Positions 10,701 to 24,700 of a stretch of DNA of 64,000 bases are shown in pieces. Under the pieces are notes generated by a model. That model had not been told where the DNA came from, searched no databases, and saw nothing but the letters and a program-made list of their open reading frames with translations. The DNA comes from Eledone cirrhosa (lineage: Eukaryota), in contig OZ024740.1 of NCBI GenBank assembly GCA_964016885.1, positions 107,508,001 to 107,572,000 of the forward strand, given 5' to 3'. The position numbers and the translations under genes are program-made. Position 1 is the stretch's first letter. The number at the start of each line of letters is the position of its first letter.

Positions 10701-13700
10701 GTATTGAGGAAAGATGACAGTGGCTGGGTGAGAGGAGTAGAGACAGTAATGAATGTTGTGAAGAGAAATGGAATAAGATGGTTGGATCATGTATTGAGGA
10801 AAGATGACAGTGGCTGGGTGAGAGGAGTAGAGCCAGTAATGAATGTTGTGAAGAGAAATGGAATAAGATGGTTGGGCCATGTATTGAGGAAAGATGACAG
10901 TGGCTGGGTGAGAGGAGTAGAGCCAGTAATGAATGTTGTGAAGAGAAATGGAATAAGATGGTTGGATCATGTATTGAGGAAAGATGACAGTGGCTGGGTG
11001 AGAGGAGTAGAGCCAGTAATGAATGTTGTGAAGAGAAATGGAATAAGATGGTTGGGCCATATATTGAGGAAAGATGACAGTGGCTGGGTGAGAGGAGTAA
11101 TGAATGTTGTGAAGAGAAATGGAATAAGATGGTTGGGCCATGTATTGAGGAAAGATGACAGTGGCTGGGTGAGAGGAGTAGAGCCTGTAATGAATGTTGT
11201 GAAGAGAAATGGAATAAGATGGTTGGGCCATCTATTGAGGAAAGATGACAGTGGCTGGGTGAGAGGAGTAGAGCCAGTAATGAATGTTGTGAAGAGAAAT
11301 GGAATAAGATGGTTGGGCCATGTATTGAGGAAAAATGACAGTGGCTGGGTGAGAGGAGTAATGAATGTTGTGAAGAGAAATGGAATAAGATGGTTGCGCC
11401 ATGTATTGAGGAAAGATGACAGTGGCTGGGTGAGTGGAGTAGAGTCAGTAATGAATGTTGTGAAGAGAAATGGAATAAGATGGTTGGGCCATGTATTGAG
11501 GAAAGATGACAGTGGCTGGGTGAGAGGAGTAGAGCCAGTAATGAATGTTGTGAAGAGAAATGGAATAAGATGGTTGGGCCATGTATTGAGGAAAGATCAC
11601 AGTGGCTGGGTGAGAGGAGTAGAGCCAGTAATGAATGTTGTGAAGAGAAATGGAATAAGATGGTTGGGCCATGTATTGAGGAAAGATGACAGTGGCTGGG
11701 TGAGAGGAGTAGAGACAGTAATGAATGTTGTGAAGAGAAATGGAATAAGATGGTTGGGCCATGTATTGAGGAAAGATGACAGTGGCTGGGTGAGAGGAGT
11801 AGAGCCAGTAATGAATGTTGTGAAGAGAAATGGAATAAGATGGTTGGATCATGTATTGAGGAAAGATGACAGTGGCTGGGTGAGAGGAGTAGAGTCAGTA
11901 ATGAATGTTGTGAAGAGAAATGGAATATGATGGTTGGGCCATATATTGAGGAAAGATGACAGTGGCTGGGTGAGAGTGGTAGAGCCAGTAATGAATGTTG
12001 TGAAGAGAAATGGAATAAGATGGTTGGGCCATGTATTGAGGAAAGATGACAGTGGCTGGGTGAGAGCAGTAGAGCCAGTAATGAATGTTGTGAAGAGAAA
12101 TGGAATAAGATGGTTGGGCCATGTATTGAGGAAAGATGACAGTGGCTGGGTGAGAGGAGTAGAGCCAGTAATGAATGTTGTGAAGAGAAATGGAATAAGA
12201 TGGTTGGGCCATGTATTGAGGAAAGATGACAGTGGCTGGGTGAGAGCAGTAGAGCCAGTAATGAATGTTGTGAAGAGAAATGGAATAATAAGGTTGGATC
12301 ATGTATTGAGGAAAGATGACAGTGGCTGGGTGAGAGGAGTAGAGCCAGTAATGAATGTTGTGAAGAGAAATGGAATAAGATGGTTGGGCCATGTATTGAG
12401 GAAAGATGACAGTTGCTGGGTGAGTGGAGTAGAGCCAGTAATGAATGTTGTGAAGAGAAATGGAATAAGATGGTTGGGCCATGTATTGAGGAAAGATCAC
12501 AGTGGCTGGGTGAGAGGAGTAGAGCCAGTAATGAATGTTGTGAAGAGAAATGGAATAAGATGGTTGGGTCATGTATTGAGGAAAGATGACAGTGGCTGGG
12601 TGAGAGGAGTAATGAATGTTGTGAAGAGAAATGGAATAAGATGGTTGGGCCATGTATTGAGGAAAGATGACAGTGGCTGGGTGAGAGGAGTAGAGACAGT
12701 AATGAATGTTGTGAAGAGAAATGGAATAAGATGGTTGGATCATGTATTGAGGAAAGATGACAGTGGCTGGGTGAGAGGAGTAGAGCCAGTAATGAATGTT
12801 GTGAAGAGAAATGGAATAAGATGGTTGGGCCATGTATTGAGGAAAGATGACAGTGGCTGGGTGAGAGGAGTAGAGCCAGTAATGAATGTTGTGAAGAGAA
12901 ATGGAATAAGATGGTTGGATCATGTATTGAGGAAAGATGACAGTGGCTGGGTGAGAGGAGTAGAGCCAGTAATGAATGTTGTGAAGAGAAATGGAATAAG
13001 ATGGTTGGGCCATATATTGAGGAAAGATGACAGTGGCTGGGTGAGAGGAGTAATGAATGTTGTGAAGAGAAATGGAATAAGATGGTTGGGCCATGTATTG
13101 AGGAAAGATGACAGTGGCTGGGTGAGAGGAGTAGAGCCTGTAATGAATGTTGTGAAGAGAAATGGAATAAGATGGTTGGGCCATCTATTGAGGAAAGATG
13201 ACAGTGGCTGGGTGAGAGGAGTAGAGCCAGTAATGAATGTTGTGAAGAGAAATGGAATAAGATGGTTGGGCCATGTATTGAGGAAAAATGACAGTGGCTG
13301 GGTGAGAGGAGTAATGAATGTTGTGAAGAGAAATGGAATAAGATGGTTGGGCCATGTATTGAGGAAAGATGACAGTGGCTGGGTGAGTGGAGTAGAGCCA
13401 GTAATGAATGTTGTGAAGAGAAATGGAATAAGATGGTTGGGCCATGTATTGAGGAAAGATCACAGTGGCTGGGTGAGAGGAGTAGAGCCAGTAATGAATG
13501 TTGTGAAGAGAAATGGAATAAGATGGTTGGGCCATGTATTGAGGAAAGATGACAGTGGCTGGGTGAGAGGAGTAGAGACAGTAATGAATGTTGTGAAGAG
13601 AAATGGAATAAGATGGTTGGATCATGTATTGAGGAAAGATGACAGTGGCTGGGTGAGAGGAGTAGAGTCAGTAATGAATGTTGTGAAGAGAAATGGAATA

Positions 13701-16700
13701 TGATGGTTGGGCCATATATTGAGGAAAGATGACAGTGGCTGGGTGAGAGGGGTAGAGCCAGTAATGAATGTTGTGAAGAGAAATGGAATAAGATGGTTGG
13801 GCCATGTATTGAGGAAAGATGACAGTGGCTGGGTGAGAGGAGTAGAGCCAGTAATGAATGTTGTGAAGAGAAATGGAATAAGATGGTTGGATCATGTATT
13901 GAGGAAAGATGACAGTGGCTGGGTGAGAGGAGTAGAGCCAGTAATGAATGTTGTGAAGAGAAATGGAATAAGATGGTTGGGCCATGTATTGAGGAAAGAT
14001 GACAGTGGCTGGGTGAGAGGAGTAGAGCCAGTAATGAATGTTGTGAAGAGAAATGGAATAAGATGGTTGGGCCATGTATTGAGGAAAGATGACAGTGGCT
14101 GGGTGAGAGGAGTAGAGCCAGTAATGAATGTTGTGAAGAGAAATGGAATAATAAGGTTGGATCATGTATTGAGGAAAGATGACAGTGGCTGGGTGAGAGG
14201 ATTAGAGCCAGTAATGAATGTTGTGAAGAGAAATGGAATAAGATGGTTGGGCCATGTATTGAGGAAAGATCACAGTGGCTGGGTGAGAGGAGTAGAGCCA
14301 GTAATGAATGTTGTGAAGAGAAATGGAATAAGATGGTTGGGCCATGTATTGAGGAAAGATGACAGTGGCTGGGTGAGAGGAGTAGAGCCAGTAATGAATG
14401 TTGTGAAGAGAAATGGAATAATAAGGTTGGATCATGTATTGAGGAAAGATGACAGTGGCTGGGTGAGAGGATTAGAGCCAGTAATGAATGTTGTGAAGAG
14501 AAATGGAATAAGATGGTTGGGCCATGTATTGAGGAAAGATCACAGTGGCTGGGTGAGAGGAGTAGAGCCAGTAATGAATGTTGTGAAGAGAAATGGAATA
14601 AGATGGTTGGGCCATGTATTGAGGAAAGATGACAGTGGCTGGGTGAGAGGAGTAGAGCCAGTAATGAATGTTGTGAAGAGAAATGGAATAAGATGGTTGG
14701 GCCATGTATTGAGGAAAGATGACAGTGGCTGGGTGAGAGGATTAGAGCCAGTAATGAATGTTGTGAAGAGAAATGGAATAAGATGGTTGGGCCATGTATT
14801 GAGGAAAGATGACAGTGGCTGGGTGAGAGCAGTAGAGCCAGTAATGAATGTTGTGAAGAGAAATGGAATAAGATGGTTGGGCCATGTATTGAGGAAAGAT
14901 GACAGTGGCTGGGTGAGAGGAGTAGAGCCAGTAATGAATGTTGTGAAGAGAAATGGAATAAGATGGTTGGGCCATGTATTGAGGAAAGATGACAGTGGCT
15001 GGGTGAGAGCAGTAGAGCCAGTAATGAATGTTGTGAAGAGAAATGGAATAATAAGGTTCGATCATGTATTGAGGAAAGATGACAGTGGCTGGGTGAGAGG
15101 AGTAGAGCCAGTAATGAATGTTGTGAAGAGAAATGGAATAAGATGGTTGGGCCATGTATTGAGGAAAGATGACAGTGGCTGGGTGAGAGGAGTAGAGCCA
15201 GTAATGAATGTTGTGAAGAGAAATGGAATAAGATGGTTGGATCATGTATTGAGGAAAGATGACAGTGGCTGGGTGAGAGGAGTAGAGCCAGTAATGAATG
15301 TTGTGAAGAGAAATGGAATAAGATGGTTGGGCCATGTATTGAGGAAAGATGACAGTGGCTGGGTGAGAGGAGTAGAGCCAGTAATGAATGTTGTGAAGAG
15401 AAATGGAATAAGATGGTTGGGCCATGTATTGAGGAAAGATGACAGTGGCTGGGTGAGAGGAGTAGAGCCAGTAATGAATGTTGTGAAGAGAAATGGAATA
15501 AGATGGTTGGGCCATGTATTGAGGAAAGATGACAGTGGCTGGGTGAGAGGAGTAGAGCTAGTAATGAATGTTGTGAAGAGAAATGGAATAAGATGGTTGG
15601 GCCATGTATTGAGGAAAGATGACAGTGGCTGGGTGAGAGGAGTAGAGCCAGTAATGAATGTTGTGAAGAGAAATGGAATAAGATGGTTGGGCCATGTATT
15701 GAGGAAAGATGACAGTGGCTGGGTGAGAGGAGTAGAGCCAGTAATGAATGTTGTGAAGAGAAATGGAATAAGATGGTTGGGCCATGTATTGAGGAAAGAT
15801 GACAGTGGCTGGGTGAGAGGAGTAGAGCTAGTAATGAATGTTGTGAAGAGAAATGGAATAAGATGGTTGGGCCATGTATTGAGGAAAGATGACAGTGGCT
15901 GGGTGAGAGGAGTAGAGCCAGTAATGAATGTTGTGAAGAGAAATGGAATAAGATGGTTGGGCCATGTATTGAGGAAAGATGACAGTGGCTGGGTGAGAGG
16001 AGTAGAGACAGTAATGAATGTTGTGAAGAGAAATGGAATAAGATGGTTGGGCCATGTATTGAGGAAAAATGACAGTGGCTGGGTGAGAGGAGTAATGAAT
16101 GTTGTGAAGAGAAATGGAATAAGATGGTTGGGCCATGTATTGAGGAAAGATGACAGTGGCTGGGTGAGTGGAGTAGAGCCAGTAATGAATGTTGTGAAGA
16201 GAAATGGAATAAGATGGTTGGGCCATGTATTGAGGAAAGATGACAGTGGCTGGGTGAGAGGAGTAGAGCCAGTAATGAATGTTGTGAAGAGAAATGGAAT
16301 AAGATGGTTGGGCCATGTATTGAGGAAAGATCACAGTGGCTGGGTGAGAGGAGTAGAGCCAGTAATGAATGTTGTGAAGAGAAATGGAATAAGATGGTTG
16401 GGTCATGTATTGAGGAAAGATGACAGTGGCTGGGTGAGAGGAGTAATGAATGTTGTGAAGAGAAATGGAATAAGATGGTTGGGCCATGTATTGAGGAAAG
16501 ATGACAGTGGCTGGGTGAGAGGAGTAGAGCCAGTAATGAATGTTGTGAAGAGAAATGGAATAAGATGGTTGGATCATGTATTGAGGAAAGATGACAGTCG
16601 CTGGGTGAGAGGGGTAGAGCCAGTAATGAATGTTGTGAAGAGAAATGGAATAAGATGGTTGGGCCATGTATTGAGGAAAGATGACAGTGGCTGGGTGAGA

Positions 16701-16899
16701 GGAGTAGAGCCAGTAATGAATGTTGTGAAGAGAAATGGAATAAGATGGTTGGGCCATGTATTGAGGAAAGATGACAGTGGCTGGGTGAGAGGAGTAGAGC
16801 CAGTAATGAATGTTGTGAAGAGAAATGGAATAAGATGGTTGGGCCATGTATTGAGGAAAGATGACAGTGGCTGGGTGAGAGGGGTAGAGCCAGTAATGA

Positions 16900-19800
16900 A
16901 TGTTGTGAAGAGAAATGGAATAAGATGGTTGGATCATGTATTGAGGAAAGATGACAGTGGCTGGGTGAGAGGAGTAGAGCCAGTAATGAATGTTGTGAAG
17001 AGAAATGGAATAAGATGGTTGGGCCATGTATTGAGGAAAGATGACAGTGGCTGGGTGAGAGGAGTAGAGCCAGTAATGAATGTTGTGAAGAGAAATGGAA
17101 TAAGATGGTTGGATCATGTATTGAGGAAAGATGACAGTGGCTGGGTGAGAGGAGTAGAGCCAGTAATGAATGTTGTGAAGAGAAATGGAATAAGATGGTT
17201 GGGCCATATATTGAGGAAAGATGACAGTGGCTGGGTGAGAGGAGTAGAGCCAGTAATGAATGTTGTGAAGAGAAATGGAATAAGAAGGTTGGATCATGTA
17301 TTGAGGAAAGATGACAGTGGCTGGGTGAGAGGAGTAGAGCCAGTAATGAATGTTGTGAAGAGAAATGGAATAAGATGGTTGGGCCATGTATTGAGGAAAG
17401 ATGACAGTGGCTGGGTGAGAGGAGTAGAGCCAGTAATGAATGTTGTGAAGAGAAATGGAATAAGATGGTTGGATCATGTATTGAGGAAAGATGACAGTGG
17501 CTGGGTGAGAGGAGTAGAGCCAGTAATGAATGTTGTGAAGAGAAATGGAATAAGATGGTTGGGCCATGTATTGAGGAAAGATGACAGTGGCTGGGTGAGA
17601 GGAGTAGAGCCAGTAATGAATGTTGTGAAGAGAAATGGAATAAGATGGTTGGATCATGTATTGAGGAAAGATGACAGTGGCTGGGTGAGAGGAGTAGAGC
17701 CAGTAATGAATGTTGTGAAGAGAAATGGAATAAGATGGTTGGGCCATATATTGAGGAAAGATGACAGTGGCTGGGTGAGAGGAGTAGAGCCAGTAATGAA
17801 TGTTGTGAAGAGAAATGGAATAAGAAGGTTGGATCATGTATTGAGGAAAGATGACAGTGGCTGGGTGAGAGGAGTAGAGCCAGTAATGAATGTTGTGAAG
17901 AGAAATGGAATAAGATGGTTGGGCCATGTATTGAGGAAAGATGACAGTGGCTGGGTGAGAGGAGTAGAGCCAGTAATGAACGTTGTGAAGAGAAATGGAA
18001 TAAGATGGTTGGGCCATGTATTGAGGAAAGATGACAGTGGCTGGGTGAGAGGAGTAGAGCCAGTAATGAATGTTGTGAAGAGAAATGGAATAAGATGGTT
18101 GGATCATGTATTGAGGAAAGATGACAGTGGCTGGGTGAGAGGAGTAGAGCCAGTAATGAATGTTGTGAAGAGAAATGGAATAAGATGGTTGGATCATGTA
18201 TTGAGGAAAGATGACAGTGGCTGGGTGAGAGGAGTAGAGCCAGTAATGAATGTTGTGAAGAGAAATGGAATAAGATGGTTGGGCCATATATTGAGGAAAG
18301 ATGACAGTGGCTGGGTGAGAGGAGTAGAGCCAGTAATGAATGTTGTGAAGAGAAATGGAATAAGATGGTTGGATCATGTATTGAGGAAAGATGACAGTGG
18401 CTGGGTGAGAGGAGTAGAGCCAGTAATGAACGTTGTGAAGAGAAATGGAATAAGATGGTTGGGCCATGTATTGAGGAAAGATGACAGTGGCTGGGTGAGA
18501 GGAGTAGAGCCAGTAATGAATGTTGTGAAGAGAAATGGAATAAGATGGTTGGGCCATGTATTGAGGAAAGATGACAGTGGCTGGGTGAGAGGAGTAATGA
18601 ATGTTGTGAAGAGAAATGGAATAAGATGGTTGGGCCATGTATTGAGGAAAGATGACAGTGGCTGGGTGAGAGGAGTAGAGCCAGTAATGAATGTTGTGAA
18701 GAGAAATGGAATAAGATGGTTGGATCATGTATTGAGGAAAGATGACAGTGGCTGGGTGAGAGGAGTAGAGCCAGTAATGAATGTTGTGAAGAGAAATGGA
18801 ATAAGATGGTTGGGCCATGTATTGAGGAAAGATGACAGTGGCTGGGTGAGAGGAGTAGAGCCAGTAATGAATGTTGTGAAGAGAAATGGAATAAGATGGT
18901 TGGGCCATGTATTGAGGAAAGATGACAGTGGCTGGGTGAGAGGAGTAGAGCCAGTAATGAATGTTGTGAAGAGAAATGGAATAAGATGGTTGGATCATGT
19001 ATTGAGGAAAGATGACAGTGGCTGGGTGAGAGGAGTAGAGCCAGTAATGAATGTTGTGAAGAGAAATGGAATAAGATGGTTGGGCCATGTATTGAGGAAA
19101 GATGACAGTGGCTGGGTGAGAGGAGTAGAGCCAGTAATGAATGTTGTGAAGAGAAATGGAATAAGATGGTTGGATCATGTATTGAGGAAAGATGACAGTG
19201 GCTGGGTGAGAGGAGTAGAGCCAGTAATGAATGTTGTGAAGAGAAATGGAATAAGATGGTTGGGCCATATATTGAGGAAAGATGACAGTGGCTGGGTGAG
19301 AGGAGTAGAGCCAGTAATGAATGTTGTGAAGAGAAATGGAATAAGAAGGTTGGATCATGTATTGAGGAAAGATGACAGTGGCTGGGTGAGAGGAGTAGAG
19401 CCAGTAATGAATGTTGTGAAGAGAAATGGAATAAGATGGTTGGATCATGTATTGAGGAAAGATGACAGTGGCTGGGTGAGAGGAGTAGAGCCAGTAATGA
19501 ACGTTGTGAAGAGAAATGGAATAAGATGGTTGGGCCATGTATTGAGGAAAGATGACAGTGGCTGGGTGAGAGGAGTAGAGCCAGTAATGAATGTTGTGAA
19601 GAGAAATGGAATAAGATGGTTGGATCATGTATTGAGGAAAGATGACAGTGGCTGGGTGAGAGGAGTAGAGCCAGTAATGAATGTTGTGAAGAGAAATGGA
19701 ATAAGATGGTTGGATCATGTATTGAGGAAAGATGACAGTGGCTGGGTGAGAGGAGTAGAGCCAGTAATGAATGTTGTGAAGAGAAATGGAATAAGATGGT

Positions 19801-21250
19801 TGGGCCATATATTGAGGAAAGATGACAGTGGCTGGGTGAGAGGAGTAGAGCCAGTAATGAATGTTGTGAAGAGAAATGGAATAAGATGGTTGGATCATGT
19901 ATTGAGGAAAGATGACAGTGGCTGGGTGAGAGGAGTAGAGCCAGTAATGAACGTTGTGAAGAGAAATGGAATAAGATGGTTGGGCCATGTATTGAGGAAA
20001 GATGACAGTGGCTGGGTGAGAGGAGTAGAGCCAGTAATGAATGTTGTGAAGAGAAATGGAATAAGATGGTTGGGCCATGTATTGAGGAAAGATGACAGTG
20101 GCTGGGTGAGAGGAGTAATGAATGTTGTGAAGAGAAATGGAATAAGATGGTTGGGCCATGTATTGAGGAAAGATGACAGTGGCTGGGTGAGAGGAGTAGA
20201 GCCAGTAATGAATGTTGTGAAGAGAAATGGAATAAGATGGTTGGATCATGTATTGAGGAAAGATGACAGTGGCTGGGTGAGAGGAGTAGAGCCAGTAATG
20301 AATGTTGTGAAGAGAAATGGAATAAGATGGTTGGATCATGTATTGAGGAAAGATGACAGTGGCTGGGTGAGAGGAGTAGAGCCAGTAATGAATGTTGTGA
20401 AGAGAAATGGAATAAGATGGTTGGGCCATATATTGAGGAAAGATGACAGTGGCTGGGTGAGAGGAGTAGAGCCAGTAATGAATGTTGTGAAGAGAAATGG
20501 AATAAGATGGTTGGATCATGTATTGAGGAAAGATGACAGTGGCTGGGTGAGAGGAGTAGAGCCAGTAATGAATGTTGTGAAGAGAAATGGAATAAGATGG
20601 TTGGGCCATGTATTGAGGAAAGATGACAGTGGCTGGGTGAGAGGAGTAATGAATGTTGTGAAGAGAAATGGAATAAGATGGTTGGGCCATGTATTGAGGA
20701 AAGATGACAGTGGCTGGGTGAGAGGAGTAGAGCCAGTAATGAATGTTGTGAAGAGAAATGGAATAAGATGGTTGGATCATGTATTGAGGAAAGATGACAG
20801 TGGCTGGGTGAGAGGAGTAGAGCCAGTAATGAATGTTGTGAAGAGAAATGGAATAAGATGGTTGGATCATGTATTGAGGAAAGATGACAGTGGCTGGGTG
20901 AGAGGAGTAGAGCCAGTAATGAATGTTGTGAAGAGAAATGGAATAAGATGGTTGGGCCATATATTGAGGAAAGATGACAGTGGCTGGGTGAGAGGAGTAG
21001 AGCCAGTAATGAATGTTGTGAAGAGAAATGGAATAAGATGGTTGGATCATGTATTGAGGAAAGATGACAGTGGCTGGGTGAGAGGAGTAGAGCCAGTAAT
21101 GAACGTTGTGAAGAGAAATGGAATAAGATGGTTGGGCCATGTATTGAGGAAAGATGACAGTGGCTGGGTGAGAGGAGTAGAGCCAGTAATGAATGTTGTG
21201 AAGAGAAATGGAATAAGATGGTTGGGCCATGTATTGAGGAAAGATGACAG
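16900..21250 (+). repeat. GGATCAT-rich domain containing a 1521-bp (17-monomer) duplication
   Basis: The rare AACGTT variant occurs at 17981 and 18431 and again at 19502 and 19952, both at offset 1521 (16x90+81), with a further copy at about 21104. GGATCAT and CATATA variants are frequent. Domain limits are approximate. Confidence 0.8.
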
Positions 21251-21759
21251 TGGCTGGGTGAGAGGAGTAATGAATGTTGTGAAGAGAAATGGAATAAGAT
21301 GGTTGGGCCATGTATTGAGGAAAGATGACAGTGGCTGGGTGAGAGGAGTAATGAATGTTGTGAAGAGAAATGGAATAAGATGGTTGGGCCATGTATTGAG
21401 GAAAGATGACAGTGGCTGGGTGAGAGGAGTAATGAATGTTGTGAAGAGAAATGGAATAAGATGGTTGGGCCATGTATTGAGGAAAAATGACAGTGGCTGG
21501 GTGAGAGGAGTAATGAATGTTGTGAAGAGAAATGGAATAAGATGGTTGGGCCATGTATTGAGGAAAGATGACAGTGGCTGGGTGAGAGGAGTAATGAATG
21601 TTGTGAAGAGAAATGGAATAAGATGGTTGGGCCATGTATTGAGGAAAGATGACAGTGGCTGGGTGAGAGGAGTAGAGACAGTAATGAATGTTGTGAAGAG
21701 AAATGGAATAAGATGGTTGGATCATGTATTGAGGAAAGATGACAGTGGCTGGGTGAGAG

Positions 21760-24700
21760 GAGTAGAGTCAGTAATGAATGTTGTGAAGAGAAATGGAATA
21801 TGATGGTTGGGCCATATATTGAGGAAAGATGACAGTGGCTGGGTGAGAGGGGTAGAGCCAGTAATGAATGTTGTGAAGAGAAATGGAATAAGATGGTTGG
21901 ATCATGTATTGAGGAAAGATGACAGTGGCTGGGTGAGAGGAGTAGAGCCAGTAATGAATGTTGTGAAGAGAAATGGAATAAGATGGTTGGATCATGTATT
22001 GAGGAAAGATGACAGTGGCTGGGTGAGAGGAGTAGAGCCAGTAATGAATGTTGTGAAGAGAAATGGAATAAGATGGTTGGGCCATATATTGAGGAAAGAT
22101 GACAGTGGCTGGGTGAGAGGAGTAGAGCCAGTAATGAATGTTGTGAAGAGAAATGGAATAAGAAGGTTGGATCATGTATTGAGGAAAGATGACAGTGGCT
22201 GGGTGAGAGGAGTAGAGCCAGTAATGAATGTTGTGAAGAGAAATGGAATAAGATGGCTGGGCCATGTATTGAGGAAAGGTGACAGTGGCTGGGTGAGAGG
22301 AGTAGAGCTAGTAATGAATGTTGTGAAGAGAAATGGAATAAGAAGGTGGGATCATGTATTGAGGAAAGATGACAGTGGCTGGGTGAGAGGAGTAGAGCCA
22401 GTAATGAATGTTGTGAAGAGAAATGGAATAAGAAGGTTGGATCATGTATTGAGGAAAGATGACAGTGGCTGGGTGAGAGGAGTAGAGCCAGTAATGAATG
22501 TTGTGAAGAGAAATGGAATAAGATGGTTGGGCCATGTATTGAGGAAAGATGACAGTGGCTGGGTGAGAGGAGTAGAGCCAGTAATGAATGTTGTGAAGAG
22601 AAATGGAATAAGATGGTTGGGTCATGTGTTTAGGAAAGATGACAGTGGCTGGGTGAGAGGAGTAGAGCCAGTAATGAATGTTGTGAAGAGAAATGGAATA
22701 AGATGGTTGGGCCATGTATTGAGGAAAGATGACAGTGGCTGGGTGAGAGCAGTAGAGCCAGTAATGAATGTTGTGAAGAGAAATGGAATAAGATGGTTGG
22801 GCCATGTATTGAGGAAAGATGACAGTGGCTGGGTGAGAGGAGTAGAGCCAGTAATGAATGTTGTGAAGAGAAATGGAATAAGAAGGTTGGATCATGTATT
22901 GAGGAAAGATGACAGTGGCTGGGTGAGAGGAGTAGAGCCAGTAATGAATGTTGTGAAGAGAAATGGAATAAGATGGCTGGGCCATGTATTGAGGAAAGGT
23001 GACAGTGGCTGGGTGAGAGGAGTAGAGCTAGTAATGAATGTTGTGAAGAGAAATGGAATAAGATGGTTGGGCCATGTATTGAGGAAAGATGACAGTGGCT
23101 GGGTGAGAGGAGTAGAGCCAGTAATGAATGTTGTGAAGAGAAATGGAATAAGAAGGTTGGATCATGTATTGAGGAAAGATGACAGTGGCTGGGTGAGAGG
23201 AGTAGAGCCAGTAATGAATGTTGTGAAGAGAAATGGAATAAGATGGTTGGGCCATGTATTGAGGAAATATGACAGTGGCTGGGTGAGAGGAGTAGAGCCA
23301 GTAATGAATGTTGTGAAGAGAAATGGAATAAGATGGTTGGGTCATGTGTTTAGGAAAGATGACAGTGGCTGGGTGAGAGGAGTAGAGCCAGTAATGAATG
23401 TTGTGAAGAGAAATGGAATAAGATGGTTGGGCCATGTATTGAGGAAAGATGACAGTGGCTGGGTGAGAGCAGTAGAGCCAGTAATGAATGTTGTGAAGAG
23501 AAATGGAATAAGATGGTTGGGCCATGTATTGAGGAAAGATGACAGTGGCTGGGTGAGAGGAGTAGGGCCAGTAATGAATGTAGTGAAGAGAAATGGAATA
23601 AGATGGTTGGGCCATGTATTGAGGAAAGATGACAGTGGCTGGGTGAGAGGAGTAGAGCCAGTAATGAATGTTGTGAAGAGAAATGGAATAAGATGGTTTG
23701 GCTATGTATTGAGGAAAGATGACAGTGGCTGGGTGAGAGGAGTAGAGCCAGTAATGAATGTTGTGAAGAGAAATGGAATAAGATGGTTGGGCCATGTATT
23801 GAGGAAAGATGACAGTGGCTGGGTGAGAGGAGTAGAGCCAGTAATGAATGTTGTGAAGAGAAATGGAATAAGATGGTTGGGTCATGTGTTTAGGAAAGAT
23901 GACAGTGGCTGGGTGAGAGGAGTAGAGCCAGTAATGAATGTTGTGAAGAGAAATGGAATAAGATGGTTGGGCCATGTATTGAGGAAAGATGACAGTGGCT
24001 GGGTGAGAGCAGTAGAGCCAGTAATGAATGTTGTGAAGAGAAATGGAATAAGATGGTTGGGCCATGTATTGAGGAAAGATGACAGTGGCTGGGTGAGAGG
24101 AGTAGGGCCAGTAATGAATGTAGTGAAGAGAAATGGAATAAGATGGTTGGGCCATGTATTGAGGAAAGATGACAGTGGCTGGGTGAGAGGAGTAGAGCCA
24201 GTAATGAATGTTGTGAAGAGAAATGGAATAAGATGGTTTGGCTATGTATTGAGGAAAGATGACAGTGGCTGGGTGAGAGGAGTAGAGCCAGTAATGAATG
24301 TTGTGAAGAGAAATGGAATAAGATGGTTGGGCCATGTATTGAGGAAAGATGACAGTGGCTGGGTGAGAGGAGTAGAGCCAGTAATGAATGTTGTGAAGAG
24401 AAATGGAATAAGATGGTTGGATCATGTATTGAGGAAAGATGACAGTGGCTGGGTGAGAGGAGTAGAGCCAGTAATGAATGTTGTGAAGAGAAATGGAATA
24501 AGATGGTTGGGCCATGTATTGAGGAAAGATGACAGTGGCTGGGTGAGAGGAGTAGAGCCAGTAATGATTGTTGTGAAGAGAAATGGAATAAGATGGTTGG
24601 GCCATGTATTGAGGAAAGATGATAGTGGCTGGGTGAGAGGAGTAGAGCCAGTAATGAATGTTGTGAAGGGAAATGGAATAAGATGTTTGGGCCATGTATT